From Elusimicrobiaceae bacterium (GTDB lineage: Bacteria > Elusimicrobiota > Elusimicrobia > Elusimicrobiales > Elusimicrobiaceae): 64,000 nucleotides of DNA. How positions within the stretch are numbered: position 1 is the stretch's first letter; the number at the start of each line of letters is the position of its first letter. Below the pieces are notes generated by a model. That model ran no database searches. It was given only the letters and a program-made list of their open reading frames with translations, and had not been told where the DNA came from. The stretch is taken from positions 86,706 through 150,705 of the forward strand of contig JAZUSQ010000021.1 of the NCBI GenBank assembly GCA_045606825.1, given 5' to 3'. Below are positions 9,690 to 20,091 of the stretch, one piece after another. The translations under genes and the position numbers were made by a program.

Positions 9690-11150
9690 TTATTTGTTTT
9701 TATTTTCGTCCAACGCGCATTTCACTTTGGGGCTGTTGGCCACCAGGTCCTTAATAGGCTTAATCACTTGCGCTTGGGGTTTTAATGTGCATGGGCCGCC
9801 AATGCAACCGCCTTTGCAATTCATCACTTCCAACAGTTGAAAATCCCCCGCACCTTTGGCAAATGCCGTAAGCAAGGCCATGGCTTTTTTATCCAAGCCG
9901 TTAATGGCCATTTTCTTGAACGGCTTTTTGCCGGCAATGGCATTTTCTACCGCTTGGGCTACGCCACCGGTTACGCCGTAGTAGCGGGCCTCGCCTGAGA
10001 TGGCAGGGTCCAAAGGCATTTCTTCACATTCGGCCGGGTTAATGTGTTTGGCATCAAACAAGGCTCCCAATTCTTCGTAAGTCATCACATAATCAATGTT
10101 GGGGTCTTCCATCCCTTCCGCCCGTTTGGATACACACGGCCCTACAAACACGGTTACATGGCCTTTTTGTTTTTCCAGTTCGGCGGTATAAGCGGCCGGG
10201 GTTTTGGTGTGCGAAACAAATTCTTTCAGCGCGGGCAAGTGTTTGCGTACGGCACGCACCCAGGCCGAACAACAAGAAGTGGTCATAAACCGCGCACCGT
10301 TTTCCAACCGTTCCACCAGTTCGCGCGCTTCGTTAGCGGTGGTAATATCGGCCCCCAGGGCAACCTCCGTTACCAGCGGGAAACCGGCTTTTTTGATAGC
10401 CGTCATTAACTGGGGCAAGGTACAATCAAACTGCCCCACAATAGACGGCGCAATCATAGCCACCACTGGGGCCCCTTTTTTGATTTGGCCCAAAATGTCA
10501 ATTAACTGGCTACGTTCCATAATGGCCCCAAACGGACAGGCTTCCATGCAATGCCCGCAGGAAATACACTTGTCAAAATCAATTTCCGCTACACCGTTTT
10601 CCCCTTTGTGGATAGCATCTACCGGGCAAGCCTGTTCACACGGAACCGGGATAAAAGTAATAGCATTGTACGGACAAGCCATTTTGCACGCACCGCAATT
10701 TTTGCATTTATCTGCATCAATAAACGAACGTCCGTCAATAAAACTGATGGCCCCAAATTTACACGCCTGTTGGCAAGGGCGTGCTAAACAACCCTGGCAA
10801 GCCTCGGTTACCATGTGGCGGGCCTTGCGGCAACCATGGCAGGCAATATCCATAACCGTCAGCGGCAGTTGCGGAATTTGTGTACGGGTAAGGGCCTTTT
10901 TGGCGTAATCATTTAGCGAAGTTGCCTCGTCATCTTCTTCCACACTGCACCCCAAAGCGGCCAATGTGCGGGCACGAAATACGGCGCGCTCTTTGTAAAT
11001 ACAACAACGCACGGAGGATTTGGAATCTTGCGGGATAACATCATAAGGAATGCGGTAGGCTTCCGTTTCTAGGGAGTTTTTATCAAAGGCTTCAATAATT
11101 TTGCGAAGCGCGGTACGTCTGAAATAAATGGCTTTATTGTCTGAGTTCAT
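9690..11150 (-). CDS. Monomeric [FeFe]-hydrogenase-family protein with N-terminal 4Fe-4S domains
   Basis: H-cluster motifs TSCCSAW (L1), GPCVSKRAE (L2) and EVMNCKGGCIGG (L3); several CxxCxxCxxxCP ferredoxin motifs. Confidence 0.88.
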   Translation of the reverse strand: MNSDNKAIYFRRTALRKIIEAFDKNSLETEAYRIPYDVIPQDSKSSVRCCIYKERAVFRARTLAALGCSVEEDDEATSLNDYAKKALTRTQIPQLPLTVMDIACHGCRKARHMVTEACQGCLARPCQQACKFGAISFIDGRSFIDADKCKNCGACKMACPYNAITFIPVPCEQACPVDAIHKGENGVAEIDFDKCISCGHCMEACPFGAIMERSQLIDILGQIKKGAPVVAMIAPSIVGQFDCTLPQLMTAIKKAGFPLVTEVALGADITTANEARELVERLENGARFMTTSCCSAWVRAVRKHLPALKEFVSHTKTPAAYTAELEKQKGHVTVFVGPCVSKRAEGMEDPNIDYVMTYEELGALFDAKHINPAECEEMPLDPAISGEARYYGVTGGVAQAVENAIAGKKPFKKMAINGLDKKAMALLTAFAKGAGDFQLLEVMNCKGGCIGGPCTLKPQAQVIKPIKDLVANSPKVKCALDENKNK

Positions 11151-11212
11151 ATGGCTTATATTTTAGCATATTTGATGTAACTCCACCCGGTGCAAATTTG
11201 AAAGAAATTATG

Positions 11213-11495
11213 TAGAATGAAAGAGAAGTAAAAACACAATTTTATCCTGTTTTTGGAAGCGTTTAAGAAACGCGAACCCGAAAGGGGGCTAGTTACTCCA
11301 AAAACAACGGCCGATCAGGCATAAGAGCACGGACCTTCGAAACCCGTATTCTTATGCCGAATGTTTATCGTTTTGACGGTAGGCTACGGTTGTTGTATTT
11401 ATGTTCTGTAACTAGCCCATAAGTACAAGCAGCCGTTTCTTTTATATGCGTTTCCTGGGACGGATAAGTTGGAAATTAAAACAAGAGGTGAACGT
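11213..11495 (+). ncRNA. Conserved structured pilin 5' leader, copy L2 (most divergent 5' end)
   Basis: ACAATTTTATCCTGTTTTTGGAAGC...TCCAAAAACAAC...GCCGAATGTTT...CTACGGTTGTT...CAGCCGTTT...GGATAAGTTG...AAGAGGTGAACGTATG. Confidence 0.7.
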
Positions 11496-12014
11496 ATGAA
11501 CCAAAACAATACCCGGCGGGGTTTTACGCTTATTGAGTTGTTAGTAGTGGTGCTCATCATTGGCATTTTAGCAGCCGTGGCCCTGCCGCAATACCAAAAA
11601 GCAGTTGTTAAATCCCGCGTTGCGAGTATTTTACCCATTGTTAACACCTTAAGGAATGCAGAGGACGTTTATTATTTGACAAATGGAAATTACACACATG
11701 CTATTCAGGATTTAGACGTGGCTATCCCTTGTATTGAAACCTTTGAGGATGATACATATCATCCATATTGGCAATGTGGAGATGTTTTTTTAGTACAAGT
11801 TAGTGATACTGGTTCTTATGCAAGCTACTGTCCAGGACATAATGATACGGTTGCAACATGCAAGCAACACAGAGATTTTCAAATAGCTTATAACTATTCA
11901 CGTATAGGTGGAAGACGATACTGCATAATTAAAAATGATAGTTCATTGGGAGAGTCTATTTGTAAAACAATAGGGCAAGCTACAAAGATACTAGGTGAGT
12001 ATCTCATCAGGTAG
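11496..12014 (+). CDS. Type IV pilin (PilE-like) #2
   Basis: [37 protein letters not shown]; ATG 11496 follows an AAGAGG RBS. Confidence 0.93.
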   Translation: MNQNNTRRGFTLIELLVVVLIIGILAAVALPQYQKAVVKSRVASILPIVNTLRNAEDVYYLTNGNYTHAIQDLDVAIPCIETFEDDTYHPYWQCGDVFLVQVSDTGSYASYCPGHNDTVATCKQHRDFQIAYNYSRIGGRRYCIIKNDSSLGESICKTIGQATKILGEYLIR

Positions 12015-12079
12015 AGAGTACAAAAGATTATGCTGATACATGCCCCCAAATTTTCCAGGGGGCATTTTCTACTAAAACC

Positions 12080-13459
12080 TTATTTCTTCCCTTCCCGTCG
12101 GGCTTTGCGCTTGGCTAACCGTTCGGCCTTTGTTTCGCGGCGTTTGTAGCCGGCGTGCTGGGGGGCTTGCGGGGCTTCTTGGTCAAAGTCGCCGTTCCAT
12201 TCAAATTCTTTGCCGCCCACTACCAGCAAATCGCCGTCTTGCACGCCTTGTTTTAACAAGGCTTTTTCCAGGCCGATTTTTTTGAAAATCCCTTTTAACC
12301 GCGTGACGGCCTCGGGCTGGGTAAAATTGGTCATGGCAATAAATTCTTCCACCTTTTTACCCGTGATGTGGATGACGTCGTTTTCGTCGCGCGTAATAGT
12401 AAAAATAGGCTCTACTTTATGCACCACGGGTTTTTCTTCTTCCGCCGCCATTTGTTCCACCGGGGTGGCAGAAAGAATTCTTACCACTTCATTTAATACT
12501 TCTTTCACACCCTCTCCTGTGGCGGCGGAAATCAAAAATACTTTTTGTTTCTTGCGCTTTTTACATAGAGCCTTATACACTTTTTCAGCGGACGGTAAAT
12601 CCGCCTTATTTACAGCTAAAATGCGCGGTTTATCAAACAGTTTTTTGTTAAATGTTTTTAACTCTTTTTCAATGACCTTTACACTTTCTTCAGCAGATAG
12701 TCCGTCAAATCCTTCCGGGTCCACCAGGTGCAAAAGTACACGGGTGCGCTCAATATGTTTTAAAAATTGCAGGCCAAGGCCCTTGCCCTCGCTGGCGCCT
12801 TCAATAATACCGGGAATATCGGCCGTAGCAAAACTGACCCCTTGATGCAGGGTAATGCCCAGGTTAGGGTTCAACGTCGTAAAGGCATAGTCGGCAATGC
12901 GCGGGCGCGCCGCGGAAATGCGGCTTAAAAAGGTACTTTTGCCCGCATTGGGGAACCCTACAAGCCCCAAATCAGCCAAAATTTTAAGTTCCAAAATCAA
13001 AGTTACTTCCTCGCCGGGAAGGCCGTTTTCGGCAATGTGCGGGGCGGTGTTTTGTTGAGTTTTAAAAGATTGGTTACCGCGTCCGCCCGCACCGCCTTTG
13101 GCCACGGTAAATTCCTGGCCGGGCTTGGTCATATCCACTAAAAATTCGCCTTCCAGCGTGCGTACAATGGTGCCGCAGGGTACATAGACGTAGCGGTTTT
13201 CGCCCGCGCGGCCGGTTTTGTTGTACGAGCCACCTTTCTCGCCATTTTGGGCCTCAATATGCGGGTGATAGGCCAGTTCTAAGAGCGTAGTTAAATTGGG
13301 CTCGGCCTTTAAAATAACGTCCCCACCACGGCCGCCGCATCCGCCGTTGGGGCCGCCAAATTCAATAAATTTTTCGCGCCGAAACGACAAACACCCGTCC
13401 CCGCCTTTCCCGGCGGTTACATAAATTTTAACACGGTCTAAAAAACTGCCTGATTGCAT
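12080..13459 (-). CDS. obgE: GTPase ObgE/CgtA
   Basis: Gly-rich Obg fold (GGKGGDG), GFPNAGKST, DIPG, NKAD; C-terminal extension. Confidence 0.97.
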   Translation of the reverse strand: MQSGSFLDRVKIYVTAGKGGDGCLSFRREKFIEFGGPNGGCGGRGGDVILKAEPNLTTLLELAYHPHIEAQNGEKGGSYNKTGRAGENRYVYVPCGTIVRTLEGEFLVDMTKPGQEFTVAKGGAGGRGNQSFKTQQNTAPHIAENGLPGEEVTLILELKILADLGLVGFPNAGKSTFLSRISAARPRIADYAFTTLNPNLGITLHQGVSFATADIPGIIEGASEGKGLGLQFLKHIERTRVLLHLVDPEGFDGLSAEESVKVIEKELKTFNKKLFDKPRILAVNKADLPSAEKVYKALCKKRKKQKVFLISAATGEGVKEVLNEVVRILSATPVEQMAAEEEKPVVHKVEPIFTITRDENDVIHITGKKVEEFIAMTNFTQPEAVTRLKGIFKKIGLEKALLKQGVQDGDLLVVGGKEFEWNGDFDQEAPQAPQHAGYKRRETKAERLAKRKARREGKK

Positions 13460-13523
13460 AACAAATCCTTACGTAACAAAAAAAGCGGCAGGATAATTCC
13501 CGCCGCTTTTACTGGCCAAAAGT

Positions 13524-13898
13524 TTATTTGTCCGCTTTTTTGGCAGCCGGTTTTTTGGCGGCTACTTTTTTAGCGGGAGCCTTGGCGGCTTTGGGGGCCG
13601 CGGCTTTTTTAGCAGGCTCTTTTTTGGCTTGTTTGGTTTCCGCAACTTTGGGGTACACGGAAATTTGTTGTTTGCCTCTTCTTACCCATTCAAAGGTAAC
13701 AATGCCGCTTACGCGGGCAAAGAGGCTGTCGTCGCTGGCGCGGGAGACGTTGGTTCCAGGCAGGAACTTAGTACCGCGCTGGCGGACGATAATTTCCCCA
13801 GCGTTTACAAACTGGGAGCCGTAACGTTTAATACCTAAACGTTGGCCGTGGCTGTCTCTTCCGTTAGAGGAAGAACCTTGTGCTTTTGTATGTGCCAT
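13524..13898 (-). CDS. rpmA: 50S ribosomal protein L27 with Lys/Ala-rich tail
   Basis: [24 protein letters not shown]. Confidence 0.97.
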   Translation of the reverse strand: MAHTKAQGSSSNGRDSHGQRLGIKRYGSQFVNAGEIIVRQRGTKFLPGTNVSRASDDSLFARVSGIVTFEWVRRGKQQISVYPKVAETKQAKKEPAKKAAAPKAAKAPAKKVAAKKPAAKKADK

Positions 13899-13914
13899 GG
13901 TTTATTCTCCCAAT

Positions 13915-14223
13915 TTATAACTGGATATCCGTGATTTTAATTTGCGTTAAGTTTTGTCTATGGCCCTGGGTGCGTTCGTACCCTTTTTTGGGGCGGCGTT
14001 TATAGACAATCACTTTTTGACCTCTCAAATGTTTTACCACTTGAGCGGTGACCTTGGCAGCCTTGGCTGCTTTGGTATCTGCTGAGGTACCTTCTTCGTT
14101 AGCGGCCCAAAGAACTTTCAGTTCTACCTTGGCACCTACTTCCGCGTCCAGCTTTTCAACCTGCAGATCTTGACCGGGTTTTACCCAGTACTGTTTTCCA
14201 CCAGTTTCAATAATTGCGTACAT
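13915..14223 (-). CDS. rplU: 50S ribosomal protein L21
   Basis: MYAIIETGGKQY...GHRQNLT. Confidence 0.97.
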   Translation of the reverse strand: MYAIIETGGKQYWVKPGQDLQVEKLDAEVGAKVELKVLWAANEEGTSADTKAAKAAKVTAQVVKHLRGQKVIVYKRRPKKGYERTQGHRQNLTQIKITDIQL

Positions 14224-14353
14224 AAGTTTAACTCACTAATCGGCGCGTTTTTAACAGCGCGCTCTTTAGCTCTTATATTATAGCATAAAATACAACATGA
14301 GGGGAAGGAGAAAAATTCTTACCCTATCTCTTCCCCGATTTGTTATAAATATA

Positions 14354-14845
14354 TCAAGGGCGTGAAGCCCGATCACAATCGCCTAATTGTTTGGTAAAGC
14401 CCAATTTGGAAACCTCGAAATTAAACAAACTATTTGTAGAGGCATATAATTCTCCCAGAACAGGATGGTATCTACCACACAAAATTCGATCCCTCAGATA
14501 AATCTGGAATAACTGCGAGGTCCCACAACACTTGGTGGGAACCGCGTAAGAAACATACCCGTAATTAGAAACATAATATTCGCAAGATGAAATTCCTGGT
14601 AGAGCAATACATTCGGGAATTTCAATATCCAGTTGGGATATGTCCGTAGCGTATTCATCATGCTCTAAATAATATCTTGCTTGCGCTTGCGCGATTGCGT
14701 GCAAGTTGGTTTCAATTTCCGCAAAGCGCGCTTTTTGTACTGCCTTGTTATACTGTGGCAGGGCCACCGCCGCCAATATCCCAATAATTAACACCACTAC
14801 TAACAACTCAATGAGGGTAAACCCTCTTTTTCTTTTGTACTGCAT
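14354..14845 (-). CDS. Type IV pilin (PilE-like) #3
   Basis: [31 protein letters not shown]. Confidence 0.93.
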   Translation of the reverse strand: MQYKRKRGFTLIELLVVVLIIGILAAVALPQYNKAVQKARFAEIETNLHAIAQAQARYYLEHDEYATDISQLDIEIPECIALPGISSCEYYVSNYGYVSYAVPTKCCGTSQLFQIYLRDRILCGRYHPVLGELYASTNSLFNFEVSKLGFTKQLGDCDRASRP

Positions 14846-15113
14846 AACATCCTCCTAAGTTTAATTTCCAATTTACCTGCCCTCGGAGTTGCACGCAAAA
14901 ACGGCTATCCGCCTTGCAAATCATTACCCTTGCAAAACAAACAGCCGCAGTTTCCTTATTTTGTATTACAAAACGGAAACATTGGGCACACAGGGATGGC
15001 CGTCCCTATGTGCCTTTCAGTCGGCTATTTTTGGAGTAATGATTGTTGCTTGGCAACAGGACCTATAAGTATAGGCTTCCAAAAACAGATCAAATTGTAC
15101 TGATAGTATAATA
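14846..15113 (-). ncRNA. Conserved structured pilin 5' leader, copy L3
   Basis: TTATTATACTATCAGTACAATTTGATCTGTTTTTGGAAGCC...CCAAAAATAGCCGA...GCGGCTGTT...TAGCCGTTTTTG...CAGGTAAATTG...AGGAGG. Confidence 0.72.
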
Positions 15114-15157
15114 AAAAAGGGCCCGTTTTTCAACGGGCTACAAGTTACAAAACCTTG

Positions 15158-16273
15158 CTATTTGCCAAACAAGTCCTTAAAAAAACTCTTTTTGCCGCCC
15201 GTTTCTTGGGCCAGGGCTTCTAAAAGTTCCTTTTGCTTGGCCGTCGGCTTTTTGAGTACTTCTATGCGTACGTTAATCAGCAAATCCCCAAAGCCTTTTT
15301 TGCCCAGTTTGGGCATCCCGTTGCCTTGCACTTTAAGCACCTCGCCAAAGTCAGTGCCTTTGGGGATAGTAACTTCCATTTCTTTGCCTTCAATAGTGGG
15401 CACCTTTATGGTGCCGCCCAGTACGGCTTGCGGGTAGGTAATGGGAGCGTCAATAATTAAATTGTCTGCATCCCGGCGGAAAATTTTATGGTCTTTGACG
15501 TGCACTTCTACGTACAAATCCCCAAAGCCGCCGCCGTTCTCACCAATGTCCCCGCCGTTGGACACGCGCAGGGTTACGCCCGTACGCACACCGCTAGGCA
15601 CTTTGACCGTGATTTTTTCCTTCACACGTTTATGCCCGGTACCGCGGCACTCCGCACACGGTTTTTCTACTACGGTGCCTTTACCACCGCAATCGGGGCA
15701 GACCTGGCGCATGCTGAAAAATCCTTGTGCATACGTTACCTGGCCAGACCCATTGCACGAGCGACACGTTTTGCGCGCACTGCCGGCAGCCGCGCCGGAG
15801 CCGTCGCACGATTGGCAGTTATCCAGGCGGGTGTAATCTACCGGCACGTCTTTGCCGCTAAACGCTTCTTCCAGCGTAAGGGTAACGTCTAATTTCAAAT
15901 CTTCGCCACGCACCACGCGCGGGCCGCGGCTACGGCCGCCACCAAACGCACCGCCGAACATGTCGCCAAATACAGAGCCGAAAATATCGTTAATATCGCC
16001 AAAGCCATTGGCGTTAAACCCGCCAAAACCGCCGGCACCGTTTACGCCTTCGTGGCCGTATTGGTCGTACATTTGTTTTTTTTGCGGGTCAGACAAGACG
16101 GAAAACGCCTCGTTTACTTTTTTAAATTGTTCCTCGGCTTCTTTGTTGCCGGGGTTCCTATCCGGGTGGTACTTCATGGCCTGTTTGCGGAAGGCCGATT
16201 TTATTTCAACCTCGGTAGCAGTACGTTCTATACCAAGGATTTGGTAATAATCTTCTTTCATAGTTGTAGGCAT
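15158..16273 (-). CDS. dnaJ: Chaperone DnaJ
   Basis: J domain with HPD, G/F-rich region, four CxxCxGxG repeats. Confidence 0.98.
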   Translation of the reverse strand: MPTTMKEDYYQILGIERTATEVEIKSAFRKQAMKYHPDRNPGNKEAEEQFKKVNEAFSVLSDPQKKQMYDQYGHEGVNGAGGFGGFNANGFGDINDIFGSVFGDMFGGAFGGGRSRGPRVVRGEDLKLDVTLTLEEAFSGKDVPVDYTRLDNCQSCDGSGAAAGSARKTCRSCNGSGQVTYAQGFFSMRQVCPDCGGKGTVVEKPCAECRGTGHKRVKEKITVKVPSGVRTGVTLRVSNGGDIGENGGGFGDLYVEVHVKDHKIFRRDADNLIIDAPITYPQAVLGGTIKVPTIEGKEMEVTIPKGTDFGEVLKVQGNGMPKLGKKGFGDLLINVRIEVLKKPTAKQKELLEALAQETGGKKSFFKDLFGK

Positions 16274-16302
16274 AATGATGTATTACCTATATTTTAGCAA
16301 AT

Positions 16303-16329
16303 GTAGCACTCGTTGTGTTAGCATGCTAA
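16303..16329. promoter_or_regulatory. CIRCE-like HrcA operator upstream of dnaJ
   Basis: GTAGCACTC-N9-GCATGCTAA versus consensus TTAGCACTC-N9-GAGTGCTAA; lies next to a TGcTAAAAT -10 element on the minus strand. Confidence 0.7.
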
Positions 16330-16330
16330 A

Positions 16331-16415
16331 TTACACAATCATGCCGCCGCCTAACACGGGAGATATATAGGATAAGACTTCATGTTGTGTCTTACACAAT
16401 CATGCCGCCACCTAA
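16331..16415. repeat. Direct repeat of the mnmA 3' end
   Basis: ttacacaatcatgccgccgcctaa (16331-16354) versus ttacacaatcatgccgccacctaa (16392-16415). Confidence 0.85.
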
Positions 16416-17471
16416 GACAATGTCTCCAGCGTACAATACCGCGCTTTGCCCGGCCGTAATAGAGAGTTGCGGCTCTTGAAACTTGGCCACAAAACTGCCG
16501 TCCGCTTGCACGGTAATATGCGCTTTTGCCGGCACGTGCAGGTTGCGGATTTTTACGTCGCAGTCAAAGGCGGAGGCCGGAGGTTCACCCGCTACCCAAC
16601 TAACATTTGTGGCGCGTAACGTGTCATTATACAGGGCACTTTTGGGGCCGATAATGACTTGGTTTTTCTCGGCATCTATTTTAACTACGTACACCGGCTC
16701 TGCAAATCCGCTTAAGCCCAAGCCTTTACGTTTGCCAATGGTGTAATTCCAAATCCCGTTGTGGCGGCCAACTATTTTCCCATCCAATGTTATCATATCC
16801 CCGGGTTTGTTGGGGAAGTTTAAGAGGTCGTTATAATCGCCGCAATAAAAATCCATACTGTCTTCTTTATCGGCCACTTTTAGCCCGGCCTGGCGGGCTT
16901 TCTCGCGGATTTGCGGCTTGTGTTGGCCCCCTAACGGAAACAACACGTGCGCCAGTTGTTGTTGGGTCAAGCGGTGCAAAAAATAACTTTGGTCGCGCGA
17001 CAAATCCACTGCTTTTTTTAGCAGATATTTCCCGGTTTTATCATCTTTCTCCACGCGGGCATAGTGGCCGGTAGCAAATTTATCAAATTGAATTCCTTGC
17101 CGGGCAGCCGCACTGGGCAAAAGGCCAAATTTAATGAGACTGTTGCACAACACACACGGATTGGGGGTACGCCCACAGGCATATTCCAAACGGAAATTAT
17201 CCAGCACGATGTGTTTGTATTGGGCGCGGCAATCCACTGTTAAAAAATCAATACCAATGGTTTTAGCAATGGCCTGCACCTCTGACAAATCTTCTTTTTC
17301 CGGGGACAGGCAGGCATTTTTTTGGTGCTCCCCTTTGGGTACAGGCAGGGAAGGATCCCAAATAAGCATAGTGGCCCCAATTACATGGTAGCCTTGCTCT
17401 TTTAAGATAACAGCCGTAGCGGCAGAATCCACGCCGCCGGACAGGCCAACTAGCACGGTCTCTTTTTCCAT
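16392..17471 (-). CDS. mnmA: tRNA 2-thiouridylase MnmA
   Basis: GLSGGVDS, TPNPCVLCN, ATGHYAR, RDQSYFL, YTIGKRKGL. Confidence 0.97.
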   Translation of the reverse strand: MEKETVLVGLSGGVDSAATAVILKEQGYHVIGATMLIWDPSLPVPKGEHQKNACLSPEKEDLSEVQAIAKTIGIDFLTVDCRAQYKHIVLDNFRLEYACGRTPNPCVLCNSLIKFGLLPSAAARQGIQFDKFATGHYARVEKDDKTGKYLLKKAVDLSRDQSYFLHRLTQQQLAHVLFPLGGQHKPQIREKARQAGLKVADKEDSMDFYCGDYNDLLNFPNKPGDMITLDGKIVGRHNGIWNYTIGKRKGLGLSGFAEPVYVVKIDAEKNQVIIGPKSALYNDTLRATNVSWVAGEPPASAFDCDVKIRNLHVPAKAHITVQADGSFVAKFQEPQLSITAGQSAVLYAGDIVLGGGMIV

Positions 17472-17598
17472 CAGAACCTCTCAAGTTATAAATTTGTACT
17501 TAAGGTTGAAAGCCAAAAGGACACTACATTGTACCTTTTTACCAGCGGCCAAAACAAACGGCCCGCCGATCGGCAGGCCGTAACGGATTGAAAAGAAA

Positions 17599-18849
17599 TT
17601 ACTCTTTGTCGTCTTCAATCATACGGCGGAAGGTTTCGTCGTGCGCGGAACTGTCTGTACTGGCAAATGCGGCCTGTGTTTCTGCACTGCCAGACGGATT
17701 TTGCACCGGTTTATTAACAGAGATATGTGCATATAATTTGCGGATAGACGGATAGATTTTTTTAAATGCCGCCACAATACGCGGGTCAAACGATTTACCC
17801 GATTCACTTAAAATATATTCATACGCTTCATCTGTCTTCCACGCGTTTTTATATACGCGGAACTGGCACAGGGCATCAAATACATCCGCCACCGTAATAA
17901 TGCGCGCTTCCAGGGGGATATCTTCCCCTTTTAAGCCATTGGGGTACCCGGCTCCGTTCCATTTTTCGTGATGATACAGACTCATTTTGTGGGCAATTTT
18001 AAGCACTTTTGAGTGTGCCCCTTCCAAAATGCGCCCGCCATAAACGGTGTGCGATTTCATGATTTCAAATTCTTCCGTGGTTAATTTACCCGGCTTTAAC
18101 AAAATGTTATCAGCCAGGGCTACTTTGCCAATATCATGCAAGGGACTGGCGTTTTTAATCAGTTCAGAGTCTTTTGTGCCCATTCCCAATGCACGGGCCA
18201 GCAAATATGAAATGATACTAATGTTCTTTAAGTGGGAACGGGTATCTTGCTGGTCGCGGTACTCGGCCGTAACGGCCAGGCGGTAAATGGTTTCTAATTG
18301 GGCTACGCGCACATCCTGGTAAAGTTTGGCAATTTCAATAGAACTGCCTGCCAGCGTGGCCAAAAGTGTTAGAATACCTTCGTCATTTTTATCAAAGGGG
18401 GTCCCGTCTGCCTTGTTGGCTGTTTGAAATACGCCCACCACTTTGCCTGAATTATTTTTAAGCGGAACGGCCAACATGGTATGTGTGCGGAAATCCGTTA
18501 CCATGTCCACATCCATGGAAAAGCGCGGGTCCTCGTAAGCATTAGGCAGATTGATAATTTCCCCGGTACGCGCCACAATGGAAATGGCATTGTTGCCATC
18601 TAGCGGGACACGGATTTCTGTATGTTCCAAACCGCGCCCTTGGGCTATTTTAGACCATAATTCATTTTTTTCTACGTCTTTTAAATAAATCGTACAACGG
18701 CCCACATCTAGCAAGGCCGTAATTTGCTGGGCGATAATGTCTAAGAGTTTATCCAGGCGGATTTCGCCGGACACACGGGACCCGAACTCCACCAACAGGT
18801 TAAGTTTCTGTTCGGCAGTTAGTTTACTCCCCGGAAAAATATATTGCAT
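17599..18849 (-). CDS. GAF + HD-GYP domain protein (cyclic dinucleotide phosphodiesterase family)
   Basis: GAF region with NKADGTPFDKND; LHDIGK and HHEKWNGAGYP motifs. Confidence 0.9.
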   Translation of the reverse strand: MQYIFPGSKLTAEQKLNLLVEFGSRVSGEIRLDKLLDIIAQQITALLDVGRCTIYLKDVEKNELWSKIAQGRGLEHTEIRVPLDGNNAISIVARTGEIINLPNAYEDPRFSMDVDMVTDFRTHTMLAVPLKNNSGKVVGVFQTANKADGTPFDKNDEGILTLLATLAGSSIEIAKLYQDVRVAQLETIYRLAVTAEYRDQQDTRSHLKNISIISYLLARALGMGTKDSELIKNASPLHDIGKVALADNILLKPGKLTTEEFEIMKSHTVYGGRILEGAHSKVLKIAHKMSLYHHEKWNGAGYPNGLKGEDIPLEARIITVADVFDALCQFRVYKNAWKTDEAYEYILSESGKSFDPRIVAAFKKIYPSIRKLYAHISVNKPVQNPSGSAETQAAFASTDSSAHDETFRRMIEDDKE

Positions 18850-18852
18850 GTG

Positions 18853-20091
18853 TTACCCTAGTTGCACAACATGATAAGCCCGGGCCGTTGGATAAAACCG
18901 GCGCAACCCATATTCCAACTCCAGGGCGGCCAATCCATCCAGCACATAGATGCTTTGTGCTTGGTGGCTGGCGGCACTACGTACCGACTCTAACAGTAAG
19001 CGTGGATTAGCACGAAAGGTAAATCCATATCCAAACGGAGCAAGGTCCGTTTGCTTATACTCACACTGTACAAAATTTTTCTTAAAATGTGTGTGCAAAA
19101 TTTGTGCGGCTTGCGTAAAAGGTTCACCTTCACATACAAACAAAGAGGCAGGCATCAACAGGGCCGGACCCAAAACCGAATGTTTTTGCATTGTTTTTGA
19201 GGGGATATATGCCGTTACAAATTGCACGCAAGAGGCAAAATGAGTGGCCTTGGCTTGCCATGCGGGAAACCCTTCAAAAAGTTGGGCAGCCTGTTTCCAA
19301 AACAAATAGACGTTTATACTATCCGTTACCAGCGGCAATTTGCCATTGCCCGTATGTGCATGGCGGGTCATCAAATGGCGCAATATTTTTTGGGCACGGC
19401 GCACATCCCCATACACGTATTCAAATACCCCGCTGGATACATTTGACCATACGGACACCCGGTGTTTTTTGCGGATTAAATCATAGGTTTTTTGGGCCAG
19501 TTGCGGCAGTAAAAATTCCGCCTCTAACGAAGGCACATAAATACGGGTGGGTTTTTCCGTAGCCGGGGCTGAAAAAGGGCGTTGGGGGTTGGCAGGCAAC
19601 AACTTATGCACACGCCGTACCCACCCCAAACCGGAAACACTTGAAAGAAAAGGCAACATTTTCATCCGTTGAAGTAAAATTCCGCACTGCATCCATACCT
19701 TAAACAAACGCGGATAGTGTTGGCGCAAGCGTAACAGGGCTTTTAATGTATCCGGCAACACATCTATCCCCAGGTAGCGGCGCAACTCCAACATGTGTTG
19801 GGCTGTGGGCACTTTGCCGGGGCATGCCCGTGTACATTGCCCGCATAATGTGCAAGAACGAGCCAATTTTTCAAGGGAGGCCCTATCCCGCTTCTTTTGT
19901 AATTTTCCTTCCAACACAAACCGCAACGCCTGGTTGCGCCCGCGCGGAGAATTACTTTCTTGCGGGGCTTGTTGGTAAACCGGACATACATGGGCACACA
20001 TCCCGCACCGGTTACAATACGCTACCGATTCGGCCACTGTACGCACCCCAAACGGTGTATGCAACACGCGCAACCCGGTGTGTTTAACCAT
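18853..20091 (-). CDS. (Fe-S)-binding oxidoreductase subunit, GlcF-like
   Basis: CNRCGMCAHVCP and CTLCGQCTRACP, SPRGR motif; ATG 20091 overlaps the upstream stop codon. Confidence 0.8.
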   Translation of the reverse strand: MVKHTGLRVLHTPFGVRTVAESVAYCNRCGMCAHVCPVYQQAPQESNSPRGRNQALRFVLEGKLQKKRDRASLEKLARSCTLCGQCTRACPGKVPTAQHMLELRRYLGIDVLPDTLKALLRLRQHYPRLFKVWMQCGILLQRMKMLPFLSSVSGLGWVRRVHKLLPANPQRPFSAPATEKPTRIYVPSLEAEFLLPQLAQKTYDLIRKKHRVSVWSNVSSGVFEYVYGDVRRAQKILRHLMTRHAHTGNGKLPLVTDSINVYLFWKQAAQLFEGFPAWQAKATHFASCVQFVTAYIPSKTMQKHSVLGPALLMPASLFVCEGEPFTQAAQILHTHFKKNFVQCEYKQTDLAPFGYGFTFRANPRLLLESVRSAASHQAQSIYVLDGLAALELEYGLRRFYPTARAYHVVQLG

